A stretch of 63,340 bases of DNA, filler included. It is 18 parts of 18 records of this genome, joined end to end, with 100 filler letters (N's around TTAATTAATTAA, not from the genome) between each part and the next. Parts side by side here need not be neighbours in the genome. Positions count along the whole stretch, not along the records: positions 1 to 5,476 come from SRR7504441_64432; positions 5,577 to 8,721 come from SRR7504441_64524; positions 8,822 to 11,840 come from SRR7504441_64534; 15 more parts are not named here. One strand, written 5' to 3'. Under the pieces are notes generated by a model, which was given only the letters and a program-made list of their open reading frames with translations, was not told where the DNA came from and ran no database searches. The translations under genes and the position numbers were made by a program. Below are positions 1-11,837 of this stretch, piece after piece; within the stretch, counting starts at the first letter, position 1; every line of letters begins with the position of its first letter.

Positions 1-3000
1 ATAGTCTCCAGAACCCAAGTGGTACGTCGTTGTAGCGGTGCCAGGTTCACACGAACCAACGAGATGCACACCCAAGCTTTCTTTAACTGGGATTCCACTC
101 TCCCGGACTACACTGCTGTTGGTGGGCAGATAGGCATGCGCTTCTGTGTTTGGTGGAACGGAGACATTGTACTGACAGGCCCGCCCATGCACCGACCAAG
201 AGCTTCGGATCGGGCCAAAGCCAGCGTCGAAGCTTGCTGACGCTGAGCTTACTCCACCGACACCGAATGGTGGCCTGAGCGCAAACAATGCAAACCCAGC
301 ATGGCCAGCAGGACGTCGTATGCCACCGATGCCCGAGACGAACCACTGCCCTATCCCATTCAGGGTGCCGTGCATGACTGAGAGAGAGCCGCTAGTCCAT
401 TTGTTGCACTTGTATGGCTGCTGTGGGTTGGAGTCGCCATCGCCGCACCTGCCATACAGAACCGGTTCAGTACAGTCAAGCTTTCCAAGGCAGCAGAGCG
501 CGTGACCTGCCCCACTCCTCGGGCCATGTGCTGTATCCTTTGGAGAGCAAGTCGCTGTAGCCGGGCGCCGTCTCGACAGTGGCCAGCTGGTGTACTAGGG
601 TGTCATGGCCGCCACCATTCGGGAGCGAAGTGTCGTACAGGAGTTTGGTCATGAAATAGAGCCCCTGCAAGCCTGTGTCGATGTGCCCTGCCTGGCGGCC
701 ACTGATCTCGTCGGACAGTGCTGCCCAGACGCGCTCTTGGTACTCGAATGGCACTGCACCGGATATCAAGGGCATCGCCAGATGCGTCTGGCGAGAGTCC
801 AGGTAAGTGGCGGTGCTTTGGTTGAACCACTTGCTATGGATTGCTGCTGCCAGTGCCTCAGCAGCACGATGGTGCGCAGATGCCTTGGACTCAAAGCCCA
901 GCACGTTGGACACATTGGAGACGATTCGTGTGCAGTACAGGATGTAGCAGTTGTTGAACAGCTCTGCCTCTGGGCTGCTCAAACCCCCTTGTGGAGGCTG
1001 CTCAGAGCCATGAGGGCTGACCTGTCACCACTTGGGTTCAGCCGCCAGAAAGCTTGTCGGCACTACATGCTTACCCAGTCGCCCAGGAATGTCCAAGGGT
1101 CGATTACTTTACCGTTCTGGACGCCCCAATCATGGACCAGCCCGTCTGTGGCGCTAAGGCTGCGGCCCCAGAAAGAGAGTAGAGACTCCATGGCACTGAA
1201 TGAGCTTTGTAACATTTGCACATCGCCGTATGTGAGGTAGACTTGCCTGGCACACCGGCTCAGTCAGCCCTGGCGGTGTGGCGAGGCGGGGGGCGATGGC
1301 ACGACCCACCAGGGCATAGTGATCAGGAAGCCACTCCATGCAGGCCCACCACCTCCGTCGATGGTTGGCGCTGTGTGAGGCACATAGCCCGTGCTGTTGA
1401 GCCCCGCTGTGTGCGCCGGATACGACTGCACGTCTTGGATGTCTTGCAGCCACTTCGTATAGAACTGTCCAGACTCGAGGTTCTGCAGTGCAGTCTCGAG
1501 GCTGGTATGCGCGTCTCCGAGGTAGCCTAGGCGCTCCCTATGAGGGCAATCCACACTCATCCCACCAGTCACGAGATTCGCGAGCGTCCAAATCGAGGTG
1601 CGATACACTTGGTTGAGCAGCTGATCAGAGCTCTCAAAGGTGCTGATAGTTGCCCTACCGCTCTGCTGGCCTGCTGCGGCGATGTTGCCTACACGGTAGC
1701 CCATCAGCTGTTGGAGTGCCGGAGCCTCCAAGAGCCCTTCAATCACGAGATAGTGGACTTCATGGTACGAAAACCTCGGCAGAAAGGTCCAGTTGCCGCC
1801 CGATGCAGCGGACGTCACCACCCGATGCTCCATGTTGTACTCAGGGGCGTTGCTGCAGAAAGGCCGGCCCTGCTTCGATGCTTGCCTCGCCTCCAGTGTG
1901 CCGCACACGGGCACTGAGCTTGCTTTGATTGCCACTGTCGCCCCGCCGCTGCTCTTCATGCCGCTCAGAGACACCCAACCGGCAAACGGGCGCTCAAACT
2001 CAACCAAATACTTTTGCGCGAAGGGCAGCAGCTGGCGTACCGCCTTGGCTGCAATCCTCTCTCGCAGCTGGTTGGGCTCGGAGCAATCGTGGCTGAGGGA
2101 TCGCCCAGCTGGAGTGTGCACCGGTACTGCTTGCTGCCAGCCGTCGCTGTCCTTCAACTGCGGCGAGGCCCACAGAGGCTCCGAGAGGCTGTGATTGACC
2201 TCATCGCCCCCGAAGTCAGAGTTGCGCCACTTGCCGAGATGCCTGGTGTCGGAGCGCTTGGCCTGCCAAGTGCCGTCGCTGACCAGCATCAGGGCTGGTT
2301 GGGGTGCAGCCTCCGAGGTGAAGCTCAGCTGTGCGAGAGTGATCGGCGAGCCAGCTGAGCTATTGAATAGATTGGGCACGGAGGGGTTGACTGAGGTGTA
2401 GTCACTCCAGCCGCGTGCCAGCCAGAGGCCCAGCACATTGGGCTCCCCTGCCCTGAGCAGTGGTGTGATGTCGTAGGTCCTCAGCAGGATCCGCTTGGAG
2501 AGATCGGAGACTGCAGGAGCCAGCACGTCGCTGCTGGCCTTCTTGCCATTTATCCAGAGCTCGTGGTACCCGATGGACCCCACAGTGGCCAGCACGGTGC
2601 TGCCGGCTGAGTGGAGCGTGGATGCTGGCAGCTGGAAGCTTTTGCGAAGCCACGGACAGTCTGCACCATCAGTGCTCGCTGCGCCAATGAAGCGAGCTGA
2701 GGCATCGATTGCAGCACCGACGCTGAACCGGCGGATCGGGCTGGTGGATGTGTTGGTGCTGGTGTTGAAGGTCAGCTCCACCCGCCAGTGGTAGACGGCC
2801 CCTCGAAGGAGCGGATCGGTGCCAGCGAACCGAACGAGCTGCGAGGCGCGGCTCTGGACGATGCCAGAGTCCCACACCGTCGAAGTGGCGGAGAGCGAGG
2901 CAGAGGTGGCCACAACCAGCCTGTAGGAAGCCTGTACACTGGCCCGCGGCAGCCCGACGCGGGGATGCCAGCTGAAACGTGGGCGCGTCGATTGGAGGCC

Positions 3001-3126
3001 CAGCGGGCTGCTTACATACTCGACTTTGGTCTCCACCGTCGACTGGGCCGCACAGCCAAGGATTAGCACGAGGAGCGCCGCACAGTGCGCTGCTCGACAC
3101 CTCATTGCCAGTAGTGATGTATGCAC
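1..3126 (-). CDS. Secreted GH78 alpha-L-rhamnosidase-like glycosidase, 4 exons, 3' end runs off contig
   Basis: Signal peptide (ALLVLILGCAA), PRFSW N-domain, DCPHRERLGYLGD, FLGDW, TWPEEW and terminal LGSGDY. GT-AG introns at 1247-1309, 1022-1074 and 449-506 join ORFs 1264..3126 and 476..982 and a final exon in frame. Confidence 0.9.
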
Positions 3127-3281
3127 AACCTTCTAGCTTAATCGCAGACGCCCAACGCGCAGATCAGCCTGCGCCGCCCCGGTGCCCGTCAGCTCCGGTG
3201 CTCTGCCGTTACTGAACATTCAGTTGACGGTAACGATCTCAGCGCGGCGACTGCGCTGGCCGCTCGGTGGCGCGGGGCGAT

Positions 3282-5451
3282 ATGGCGCGAGTTCGGTCGT
3301 TGTACGACTCCGGGGGAAGGTACAACTCCGCGGGAAGGTTGATGCAGACAGCCGAGGTGGACCCAGACACTGCAGATATCTACCACGCCACTGATTTCGA
3401 CGTTTACTTCGATCCCAACGGATTCGCCTCGCTGGGCTTTACTGATTATAAGCCGGGTGGTCAACCAGGACAGGCCGTGCCCATCACAAACTCAGCGGGC
3501 GAGGAGCTGTACGTGCAGCCATCAGGTCGCTGTGCTCTGGCGAGCGCAGGCACCGCCCCTCAAGAGGACAGCCGCTGGATTTATCGAGGTGGCTTCCTGA
3601 CGCTCCCGAATGGCAGACAGCTGTACGCAACTAGTGATGGGTGGGCCAATGCTGATTCAGAGAGTGACACAGTGGACAAGAGCGAGCGGCAGTGGAGCCT
3701 GGTGGATGGTGTGTTTTCGCTGGCCGACGGAAGGCAGCTATACATGAGTGCTGGCGGGGCCGGACTAGCAATGCCCGGCCAGTACTCAAACACAAGCGAG
3801 ACACGACGAGTATGGCTCGTGGCCCAACTGCAGGTAACACTCCACTGACTGCTGTTTGAACCAGTGCGAGTGACCCACTGACTGCTGTGTGCAGCAAGCG
3901 AGCAAGGCGTTTCTGGCGCTTCCTAATGGCCACCAACTGTATGCCCGGCCCGATGGTCGCTGTGACGTTGTCCAGCCAGGGTCGGAATACATCAACGAAG
4001 AGGACGTCTTGTGGAACTTCGATGCCAAAGGGTTTCTCATGCTGCCCGACGGCAGGCAGCTCTACGCAACTAGTGATGGCTGGGCAAATGCAGCGAAGCC
4101 TGGACAAGAAACCAACAGCAGCGATTCTAATCGAGTGTGGAGACACGTGGATGGAGTCTTTACGCTCGCTGACGGCCGGCAGCTCTATACGAGCGCTGGA
4201 GGAGCCGGACTTGCCCAGCTGGACCAGTATTCGAACTATGCAGCAGCTGCAGACAGGCGTCTCCTCCACTTTGTGGAGCCTGACTTCCGGCGTCCGGCAT
4301 CTCCACTGACAGTGCTGCAAGACATTTCCCGTTGGGAAGTGATAGAAGGCTACTGCTTCGACATGCATTTTCCAGTCAACTCGGGTGCGGTGCATACCGA
4401 GGAGGAGGAAACATTTGTTCGGCACGAATGCATGAAAATGGGCTACGGTGGGTTTCACAAGAAACATGGGTCATACCAGGGTAAGGGCGGGGCAGAGGAT
4501 AGGCCTCCAGTCTGCTTCTATATGCAGAAGACTCAAGCCGAGCTGAAGGCACTCCTCAAACCGTACCCAGGCTACACGGCCTATATTGCGCCACCAGAGC
4601 ACACTCCGGACTCACGCTTTCGTCCATACGCCGCAGCATGTCACTGTAGGTGGCAGATGCCGCAATGCCCCTTCGGTGTGACCAGCTTTGCAGTCACAGT
4701 CCGCGTGGACGCTCCCACCAACTCCACCTACTATATGGCAATCGGCTTCGACGGAGGCTATTCTGGGATGCAGCAAGGCTGGGGAGGCACCCCTGCCTCT
4801 TATGTAGGCCGGCACCAAACACTCTTCTCAGTCTGGGAACCCACACCAGAGCATCCTGTCACCACACCGTATCTCGGGGCAGGCGTCACTGCTAGCGCAT
4901 TTGGTGGAGGTGAGGGCAACGGTGGAGGTGCGTACTCAAACTCAGATGAGAGCTCGCTGGTGGCGTTTGGTCCAGGAGAAGAAGTCACATTTATTCTGCG
5001 GGCAGTGCCTGATCGGTCTGGAGAAGGCACCGTGCTTGCATTGATGCGGCATACAGAGCGTTACGGCTGGGAGCATTTCGCCACCCATGTGGTTTGGGTG
5101 GAAGATCCAAAGTACCGAGGGCGCATCACCGGTCTCCACAGCTTCATCGAGGCGTTTGGTGGTGAGTATGGGTTGACTAGCCGCAGTGGGGTGTGGAAGG
5201 CATGGGGTCAAGAGAATGACGGGACTGATTGGTTCCCCGTGACCCAGGTGAGTGGATCATGCACAATGGATGGGTACGGGGACAAGTCTTATGGGAACAC
5301 TCGGGTGGGTCCTTATGACGGAGGAGTTGAGATGTGCACTGGAGGCCCCAGATTGAACGATGGCCGCGGCTCGGAAATTTACAAGGGCCCAATCGCCCCG
5401 CAGCCGGTGCCTGCTCACGTTCTCTCTGCCCCTGCAAGCATTTTTGAATGA
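3282..5451 (+). CDS. Protein with six ~40-aa repeats (2 x 3, beta-trefoil-like) plus a C-terminal DUF3472-like domain
   Basis: ATG at 3282; GT-AG intron 3834-3894 joins the two ORFs in frame. Repeats follow L(P/A)xGRQLY...W...G(F/V)F. The C-terminus has YYMAIGFDGGYSGMQ, LFSVW, FGGGEGNG and HSFIEAF, resembling DUF3472. Confidence 0.7.
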
Positions 5452-5476
5452 ACTACTAATTATAATAGTACGAGTC

Positions 5477-5576
5477 NNNNNNNNNNNNNNNNNNNNNNNN
5501 NNNNNNNNNNNNNNNNNNNNTTAATTAATTAANNNNNNNNNNNNNNNNNNNNNNNNNNNNNNNNNNNNNNNNNNNN
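5477..5576. other. Artificial contig linker (N-run + TTAATTAATTAA + N-run), 17 copies in the window
   Basis: The same ~100-nt linker recurs near 5477, 8722, 11841, 15227, 18405, 21658, 25260, 28380, 32423, 35621, 39249, 42903, 46405, 49840, 53314, 56440 and 59933. TTAATTAATTAA gives stops in all six frames. Confidence 0.98.
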
Positions 5577-5742
5577 ACTTGCTGCGCTGCCGGCCGTGGG
5601 GACAAGGCGCCATTGGGCTGGGGCGTGCGAAGTCTCGAGAAACTTGGTCGTCTTTGCTGCAGTCTGCTTTAGTCTGCTTCCAAGCGTCGAGAGATCCAAC
5701 CGATGAAACGTTGGTGGGTTCCGTTGCTGCACCGGCTCGCCA

Positions 5743-6876
5743 ATGGGATCTGATGAGCCGCGGCTGGGCGGCCTACCGGCGGCCGTGCAGAGCCCAGAGG
5801 CGCTGGCCCAACACTCCCGACGCGCCTGGGGTTTCTGGGCCCGGCTGGGCAGCCCGCGGCACGTCTGCGCCCCGATGGTCCGGCAGTCCGAGCTGGCATT
5901 CCGGATGCTGGTGCGCGCCCGCGGCTGCCAACTGTGCTTCAGCCCTATGATCCCAGCCGAGCGGTACCTCGCAGCCGACGCGGCCGGGCGGGCGGGCCTC
6001 TTCCGGACGGTGGAGGCGGACAGGCCGTTGATCGTCCAGCTGGGCGGCCGGGACCCGCAGGCGCTTCTGGAAGCTGGCCGACTGCTGGCGCCGCACTGCG
6101 ATGGGCTGGACATCAACTTGGGCTGCCCCCAGGCGACCGCCCGGCGCGATCGGATCGGGGCCTACTTGATGGACGAGCCCGAGCTCGCGGCCAGGATAGT
6201 CGGGGCGCTTGCCTCGCTCCAAGTCCCAGTGAGTGCTAAGATCCGTGTGTTCGGGGAGCTGCATGACACTGTCAAGTATGCTCGGATGCTCCAGGATGCT
6301 GGCGCTAGTCTGCTGACGGTGCACGGCCGGACCAGGAGCCAGCGGCACTCGGGCAGGGCGTGCTGGGCGCAGATAGCTGCCGTGCGGGCAGCCGTGCGAA
6401 TCCCTGTGATTGCTAACGGAAATATCCGCGATCTGACCGACGTCGAGGCCTGCCTGGAGCACACTGGGTGCGCCGCAGTGATGTCTGCGTACGGTTTACT
6501 GAAGAATCCTTTTCTGTTCGATCGCGAACGAGAGGCCGAATCGAGTTTCGTGATGGCGTCCGAGTACTTGGCATCGTGCCGCGATTACCCGCCTGCCACG
6601 CGACTGATTATCTGCGACCACCTGCTGGCTGTGCTCGGGGATGAGCTAGCCGAGCATCGAGACGTGACGCAGTTGCTCCGTTGCCCGTCGAGCCACCAGC
6701 ACTTGTCTTTGGAGCAGTTTGGTATGCTTGTTCAACTAGTTAGCGAAAGCACAAGGCCAGACGGCCCGCGCTTGACTGTGCGGCGAATCATCAAATTCGG
6801 GAGGAAGCAGCGTGAACGAGAGCGGAAACAAGCTAAAAAACAACTTGAGCATGGTTCTGAGTTATTAAAACACTAA
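5743..6876 (+). CDS. DUS1: tRNA-dihydrouridine synthase, DUS1-like
   Basis: APMV, PLIVQLGG, DINLGCPQ, SAKIR, LTVHGRT, VIANGNI and GLLKNPFLF motifs. Confidence 0.88.
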   Translation: MGSDEPRLGGLPAAVQSPEALAQHSRRAWGFWARLGSPRHVCAPMVRQSELAFRMLVRARGCQLCFSPMIPAERYLAADAAGRAGLFRTVEADRPLIVQLGGRDPQALLEAGRLLAPHCDGLDINLGCPQATARRDRIGAYLMDEPELAARIVGALASLQVPVSAKIRVFGELHDTVKYARMLQDAGASLLTVHGRTRSQRHSGRACWAQIAAVRAAVRIPVIANGNIRDLTDVEACLEHTGCAAVMSAYGLLKNPFLFDREREAESSFVMASEYLASCRDYPPATRLIICDHLLAVLGDELAEHRDVTQLLRCPSSHQHLSLEQFGMLVQLVSESTRPDGPRLTVRRIIKFGRKQRERERKQAKKQLEHGSELLKH

Positions 6877-7058
6877 CGTTACTTGAGTGAGTTAATGTTT
6901 AATTAATACTTGAATGCTCAAGGAGATACGTAGTACTTTCAACTAACTACGACGCCACTGGACGTGGCCTGTCCTGATCTTTTAAATGATGCCCAGTTCG
7001 AACCATCATGCTTAGTGTTAGCAACATTGCATATACGCAAAGGCTCTGTTATACTTAC

Positions 7059-8609
7059 TCACAGTTGACCGGCGAGCAGCTCAGCAAACTGATCTTGGCC
7101 AATAGGGTCGCTGGAGATCATCGCGACCAGCGCCGCAGCCGTGATGGTCTCATACTGCTCTGAGCTGCTGATCATGTCGTTCTCTCGGGCCAGGGCCGCG
7201 CCGAATTCAACAGAGTCGATCTGCAAGCTGAGCTCGGCCTCGTAAAAGGTAGATCTGTGCCATGCGTTCCAACTGCCAATCAGCACCACCCGTTCATCTA
7301 TAACCGCCACCTTGGCGTGTACATGGCTGAGCTGCAGCCTGGGCGTGATCAGCTGGCCGCCAGCTTGGACCATCGGCAAGCACGAGCGGTGGGTGGCGGA
7401 CTGGACCCACCAAAGGTCGTTTGTGGCTCGCGAGTTAGTGATCAACCGCACCTTGACCCCTCGTTCGAGCGCGCGCACAAGCTCGTGAACAAGCGGCGGG
7501 AGCAGCACAGTGTACGCATACCGCAGGTCTATCGACTTAACACTAGCCCGGACCGCTTGGATCAGACTGATCAGAATGGGATCCATCCCAGAGGCGAGCG
7601 ATGCGCTGTCCGAAGCCAGGACCCGACAGGAGCCAGCGCTCGCGCCATCGAGCAACTCGCTCCAACGGTCGGGCTCCTCCGCCCGCAGCACTGCAAACTC
7701 GGCCCCACCTCCGTCCGTCCATTGCGCCCGGAAAGCTGTTGCGAGCTCCACAACAGTCGAGCCTCCGACCAGCACCTCCGAGCACGAGTAGGCTGGATTA
7801 TGAAAGTACGCAGAACCCACGTTCCGGTCAGTCACGAGCCCGATCTGCGCATCGACCGCGAACATCTTGGTGTGGTTCTTGCAGTCGGCAGTCGGCCTCC
7901 GCCAGAAGCAGAGCTGGACGCCACCAGCCGCCATGAGTGTGACCAGCTCCTGGATCCCGCTGCACGCATCGCCAAACCTCGGATCGGGCCCGGCGAACAC
8001 GAACGAGTCCGCCCCAAAGTTGTCGAGCATCAGCAGCACTTGCACCCCGCGCCCAGCGCACGCCACAAGCTCCTGCGCAAACTGCTTCCCCACAGGATCT
8101 GCCGCCCAGTACGCTGTGGCCAGCAGCACCTGCCGCTGCGCTCCACGGAGCAGCTCCAGCCTCCAGCGGTGGGCCTCCGCCCCGTCCCGCGGGCTCCGCA
8201 CCGCGCACTCGGTCTCGGGCGGCCCCAGCCGGGCCAGTCCCACCCGGCGCCCCCATTCCTGTGGGTCCGTTCGGGCTGCAATGGCCCTGAAGACCGGTCC
8301 GGGGGCCTGCTGCTCGTACACGTCCGCCCGGATGGAGAATAGGCTGCGCGGCTGGCCGGTGGTGGTGTCCAGGCACTCGCGGGCGTCCGCTCCGAAGACT
8401 GAGAGTGCGTGGAGCCCGGCGAGGTACGCGAGTCGGCAGCACACCGCCAGCTCGAGCCCAAGCCTGCCCGGGAGCCGTAGCAGCTCGGCGCTGGAGGTGG
8501 CCCGGCCGGACGAGCGGAGCACGAGCAGCCCGGCCGCCAGCCCGGTTCCAGGGAGCAGCTTCCGGCAAGTCACCCACCACACACCGAGCATTTTCCGCTG
8601 GTGTTGCAC
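7059..8609 (-). CDS. Phospholipase D superfamily enzyme with two HKD motifs (bacterial cardiolipin synthase-like); start uncertain
   Basis: HTKMFAVD and HAKVAVID...IGSWN motifs; RGVQVLLMLDNFG and RGVKVRLITNS. Confidence 0.82.
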   Translation of the reverse strand: MQHQRKMLGVWWVTCRKLLPGTGLAAGLLVLRSSGRATSSAELLRLPGRLGLELAVCCRLAYLAGLHALSVFGADARECLDTTTGQPRSLFSIRADVYEQQAPGPVFRAIAARTDPQEWGRRVGLARLGPPETECAVRSPRDGAEAHRWRLELLRGAQRQVLLATAYWAADPVGKQFAQELVACAGRGVQVLLMLDNFGADSFVFAGPDPRFGDACSGIQELVTLMAAGGVQLCFWRRPTADCKNHTKMFAVDAQIGLVTDRNVGSAYFHNPAYSCSEVLVGGSTVVELATAFRAQWTDGGGAEFAVLRAEEPDRWSELLDGASAGSCRVLASDSASLASGMDPILISLIQAVRASVKSIDLRYAYTVLLPPLVHELVRALERGVKVRLITNSRATNDLWWVQSATHRSCLPMVQAGGQLITPRLQLSHVHAKVAVIDERVVLIGSWNAWHRSTFYEAELSLQIDSVEFGAALARENDMISSSEQYETITAAALVAMISSDPIGQDQFAELLAGQL

Positions 8610-8892
8610 GCGGTTGACTCATCAGATCAATGTCCGTTATTACGACCTACATCAGCGCTATAACCAGCTGGTGTGGCATGGATAGCTTGGTCGAGCTGCA
8701 TCTGGCCCGGCCAGGCACCGCNNNNNNNNNNNNNNNNNNNNNNNNNNNNNNNNNNNNNNNNNNNNTTAATTAATTAANNNNNNNNNNNNNNNNNNNNNNN
8801 NNNNNNNNNNNNNNNNNNNNNCGCACTTCCCTGCCTTATTTATTCTATAGGCAGTTGGCACCCCTCCCTAAGGGCGCTACCGACCAAAAATC

Positions 8893-9693
8893 ATGCGATG
8901 TCTAGCTATACGCTGTTTCACTATCTGGCTACACTTTACTTATTCTAGGAGAATCGGCGAAACGCCGCTCAAGGTTCAGAGCTCGAGCCGCGTCACTACA
9001 GCGACACCGAACGGCCCGAGCTCCGGGGGCCCATGCATAGCCTTTAGCCCCCTCCCTCGTCCCTGCGGGGCAACGCCACTAGCCTTGGCTATACAAAGAG
9101 GGGACCACAAGATATGCCAGACCTTGTTGCAAGCGAATGCGTGTGTGGATAGTAGCACACTCGAGGTGGCCTTGAGCTGCACAGATGAAAAGCTCCAGAA
9201 ATTGGTTGTCCCAGACAAGCGAATTGCGCTGAGGGCAACTGATGAGAACAACGCAACTGTGCTGCATTGGGCGGCGCAAAAGAAAAATATTGCGGTTGCG
9301 GCAGAGATACTTGCCATGCTACAGGCAGACGAGATGCTTGCCACTCTAGTGGTGAATGCATGTGACAAGAATGGAACAACCCCCTTAATGCTGGCTGCCA
9401 AGTATGGAGCCATGCGAGTGTGCAGCCAATTGATCAAGGCTAAAGCAGATGTTCATTTAAGTGATTGCGATGGAAACACGCCCCTTCATTATACATCTTG
9501 GGAGCATCCAGAGAGTGGGAAAGTTTATCACAACACCAAAATCTACGAGGCTTTGTGCAAGCACACAGACGCAAACCCAGATGCGATGAATAAAAAGGGG
9601 GAAAAGCCAAAGAAGGTGGGAGATGCAGAAGACGAACTCGAGAAGGATGTCAAGCAGGCTAGGCTGTGGTCTAGTATTGGTCACTTATTATAA
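8893..9693 (+). CDS. Ankyrin-repeat protein; start uncertain
   Basis: GATPLALA, TVLHWAA, GTTPLMLAAKYG and GNTPLHY repeats. Confidence 0.85.
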   Translation: MRCLAIRCFTIWLHFTYSRRIGETPLKVQSSSRVTTATPNGPSSGGPCIAFSPLPRPCGATPLALAIQRGDHKICQTLLQANACVDSSTLEVALSCTDEKLQKLVVPDKRIALRATDENNATVLHWAAQKKNIAVAAEILAMLQADEMLATLVVNACDKNGTTPLMLAAKYGAMRVCSQLIKAKADVHLSDCDGNTPLHYTSWEHPESGKVYHNTKIYEALCKHTDANPDAMNKKGEKPKKVGDAEDELEKDVKQARLWSSIGHLL

Positions 9694-10011
9694 TGTGTCG
9701 AGGGCTAACCTGATTTGGATATCTGAACCGCTAGATTGCACACGGGCCTATCGATTTCTCATCACATACGGCTCCCCACATGTGTAGCTTTTTTTACATG
9801 TATCCGGACGGTGTGCACACGTGTTTAATAATGTATAAGTTTACAATGTGTTCGTTCTTTGACCAATTTTAATTACTCGTATATGCATTTTTTCTATACT
9901 TCTAATGAATTCGCTCATTTCACTTTGACATGGCGAAACTTTTGCTAACCAAGTTGGCTTCCAGAGGATTCATTTGCCCGGTCAGTTCCCTCGTACTTGT
10001 CCGCAGATTTT

Positions 10012-11837
10012 CTAAAAGTTGGGCTTGTAGGTTTGCCACGCAGCAGGGGGCTGGACAGCGAGCCGGCAGACATGCTCATCCCGAACCCGCTGCCGCCCCA
10101 GGCGCGCATCCGCATCGGTCGAAAGAAGGGGTCGGCACCCAAACCCCGATGGCTTGTCCAGCCACTTGGATTCTAAGTGGTTCTTCACGAATAAAATTGC
10201 GGCATCAACCGGCATTGGTGCCTGATCCGCTTCTGAGCCGCTGGTTCCGAGCTGGTGGCTGCCGTTTTCAATAATATGCAACTCGTTGTGGTGGAGAGAG
10301 GTTGTTTTCCATGGATGTTGCCTTATCGGCTGGGTAAGTGCGCTGTAGAGCCGGGCGGACTGCTTCGTTGGGACCATCGTGTCCATATCGCCATGGGCGA
10401 TGAAGAACGGCGGCGCGTCGTTATGCACGTGCAAGCATGGATTGGATGAGGTCAGCAGGTCTCGATGAGCCACCGAGTATGTGCGAGTAGCCTGCTTGCC
10501 AGCCGGGTGATTCCTGCAGTCGATGCTCGAGACCTCTGTAGCTATTGGCGGCCAATGGTAGAATTGAGCCCAGTTCCTAGCGTCACTGACTGTTGTGACA
10601 TCGAATCCCATCAGCTCACTCGCAAGTTTGCCCGCACGCTTGCTCGCATCCGCAAACTCGCGCTGGTGCTTGCCAGCTCGCGTGCTATGCGCAAATTCCA
10701 CCTCCGGCACTCGGAGCGCAGATGGCGGGGCACCCACATCTGGACCCCCACAGTTGGCCCAGCCAGCCCAGGCGGCTCACCATTGGCCAGCTCGCTGAAC
10801 ACAGTTGGGCCATAGAAATCAACCACGGCCCTGATCGGCAGGTTGAACTCACGCGTGCCTCGCAGCGCCACGATCGCCGCGAGGAACCCGCCAGTCGACT
10901 CGCCCCACAGTGCGAGCAGCGTGCTGTCCAGCCGGTGCTGCTTGCACACGTCTTCGGAGCACAGGTCCTGCCACAGGCCTAGGCACGGCAGGCTGTGGGG
11001 GCACCTGGATCTGAGCCACCAGGTCCTCATACTGGGCAGGCCACCTGACAGAGCTGTGGCGCGCTGTCAGCCCATGCATGCCCCCAGCCAGCGCACCACC
11101 CGTCCCACTCTCGAGCCTCGGAAGTGAGCCGATAACTGAGTATCGCCAGAGCAAACGCTCCCTCTGTGACTGCAGCAGACAGCTCCTGCCCGCCTGATCA
11201 GCCCAGTGCGCCGCCCAGTCGGCACCGGGGTCACGCTCCCTTGCAGCGCGCTGTCTCGGGCGGCTACAGAATGGAACCCTCCCCCGTGGATATAGCAAAC
11301 CACCGGGAAACCGGCTGCTGGCGGCTCAGTCTCGGGCACCAAGAGCCGATACTCCAGCAGCCGGGCATCGCTCTCCTCTGGAGCATTGCGCACCGCGGCT
11401 GTGTCCAGCACGGGCACCGGGGTCGGCTCGGAGGCTTCAGACGGGAGGCTGCCGCTGCGGGGCTCGGCCTGGGCCGGCCGCTTGGGAGCAAGCCCCGAGA
11501 AACCGGTAAGGGCGAACTTGCCGGCCTGCTGCTCGGCTGCCACCGCCTGCAATTTGGCCAGCTTGGCCGCCCACGCGTCGTGAGACCGAGTCCGGGCATC
11601 CTCGGCGCGGGCCAGCTCGGCGCGGCACCGCTGGAGGTCGCCGTCACCCTGCGGCCGGCGGTCAGCCAGCGGCCGGCGCGTGGAGAGACCTGGCACAGCT
11701 TGGACCGAGTGGCCAGCCGAGTGCCCCGGGGCGAGAGCCCGTTGCACGCTGGGCTGCCGACCGGAACCGAACGATGGACGAGCATGACCGGTGAGCTCAC
11801 GTAACAACGATCCGCTATGCCGCCGGTTGGGGAACAA
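10012..11837 (-). CDS. Alpha/beta-hydrolase (HSL-like esterase), multi-exon, probably 5'-partial
   Basis: YIHGGGF oxyanion motif, SYRLT, GESTGG nucleophile elbow, VVDFYGP, IAHGDMD and GSH, joined by at least four short GT-AG introns. Confidence 0.82.

Noticed and set aside
449-3894. Contig 1 as a contaminant because its introns are longer (53-63 nt)
   Set aside because: Introns of similar length occur alongside ~40-nt introns within the NEK fusion gene, and a 51-nt intron is likely in UBFD1. A mixed bin cannot be excluded but is not supported.
5477-5576. Recurrent TTAATTAATTAA between N-runs as a biological repeat, and any gene clustering across these linkers
   Set aside because: It is an artificial six-frame-stop linker. 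Adjacency of contigs carries no biological meaning, so no multi-contig gene cluster can be inferred.
7257-8685. Long antisense or overlapping ORFs here and elsewhere (e.g. 605..1240, 36486..37187, 41186..42025)
   Set aside because: These are shadow ORFs expected in high-GC coding DNA; they are Arg/Pro/Ala/Ser-rich and carry no motifs.
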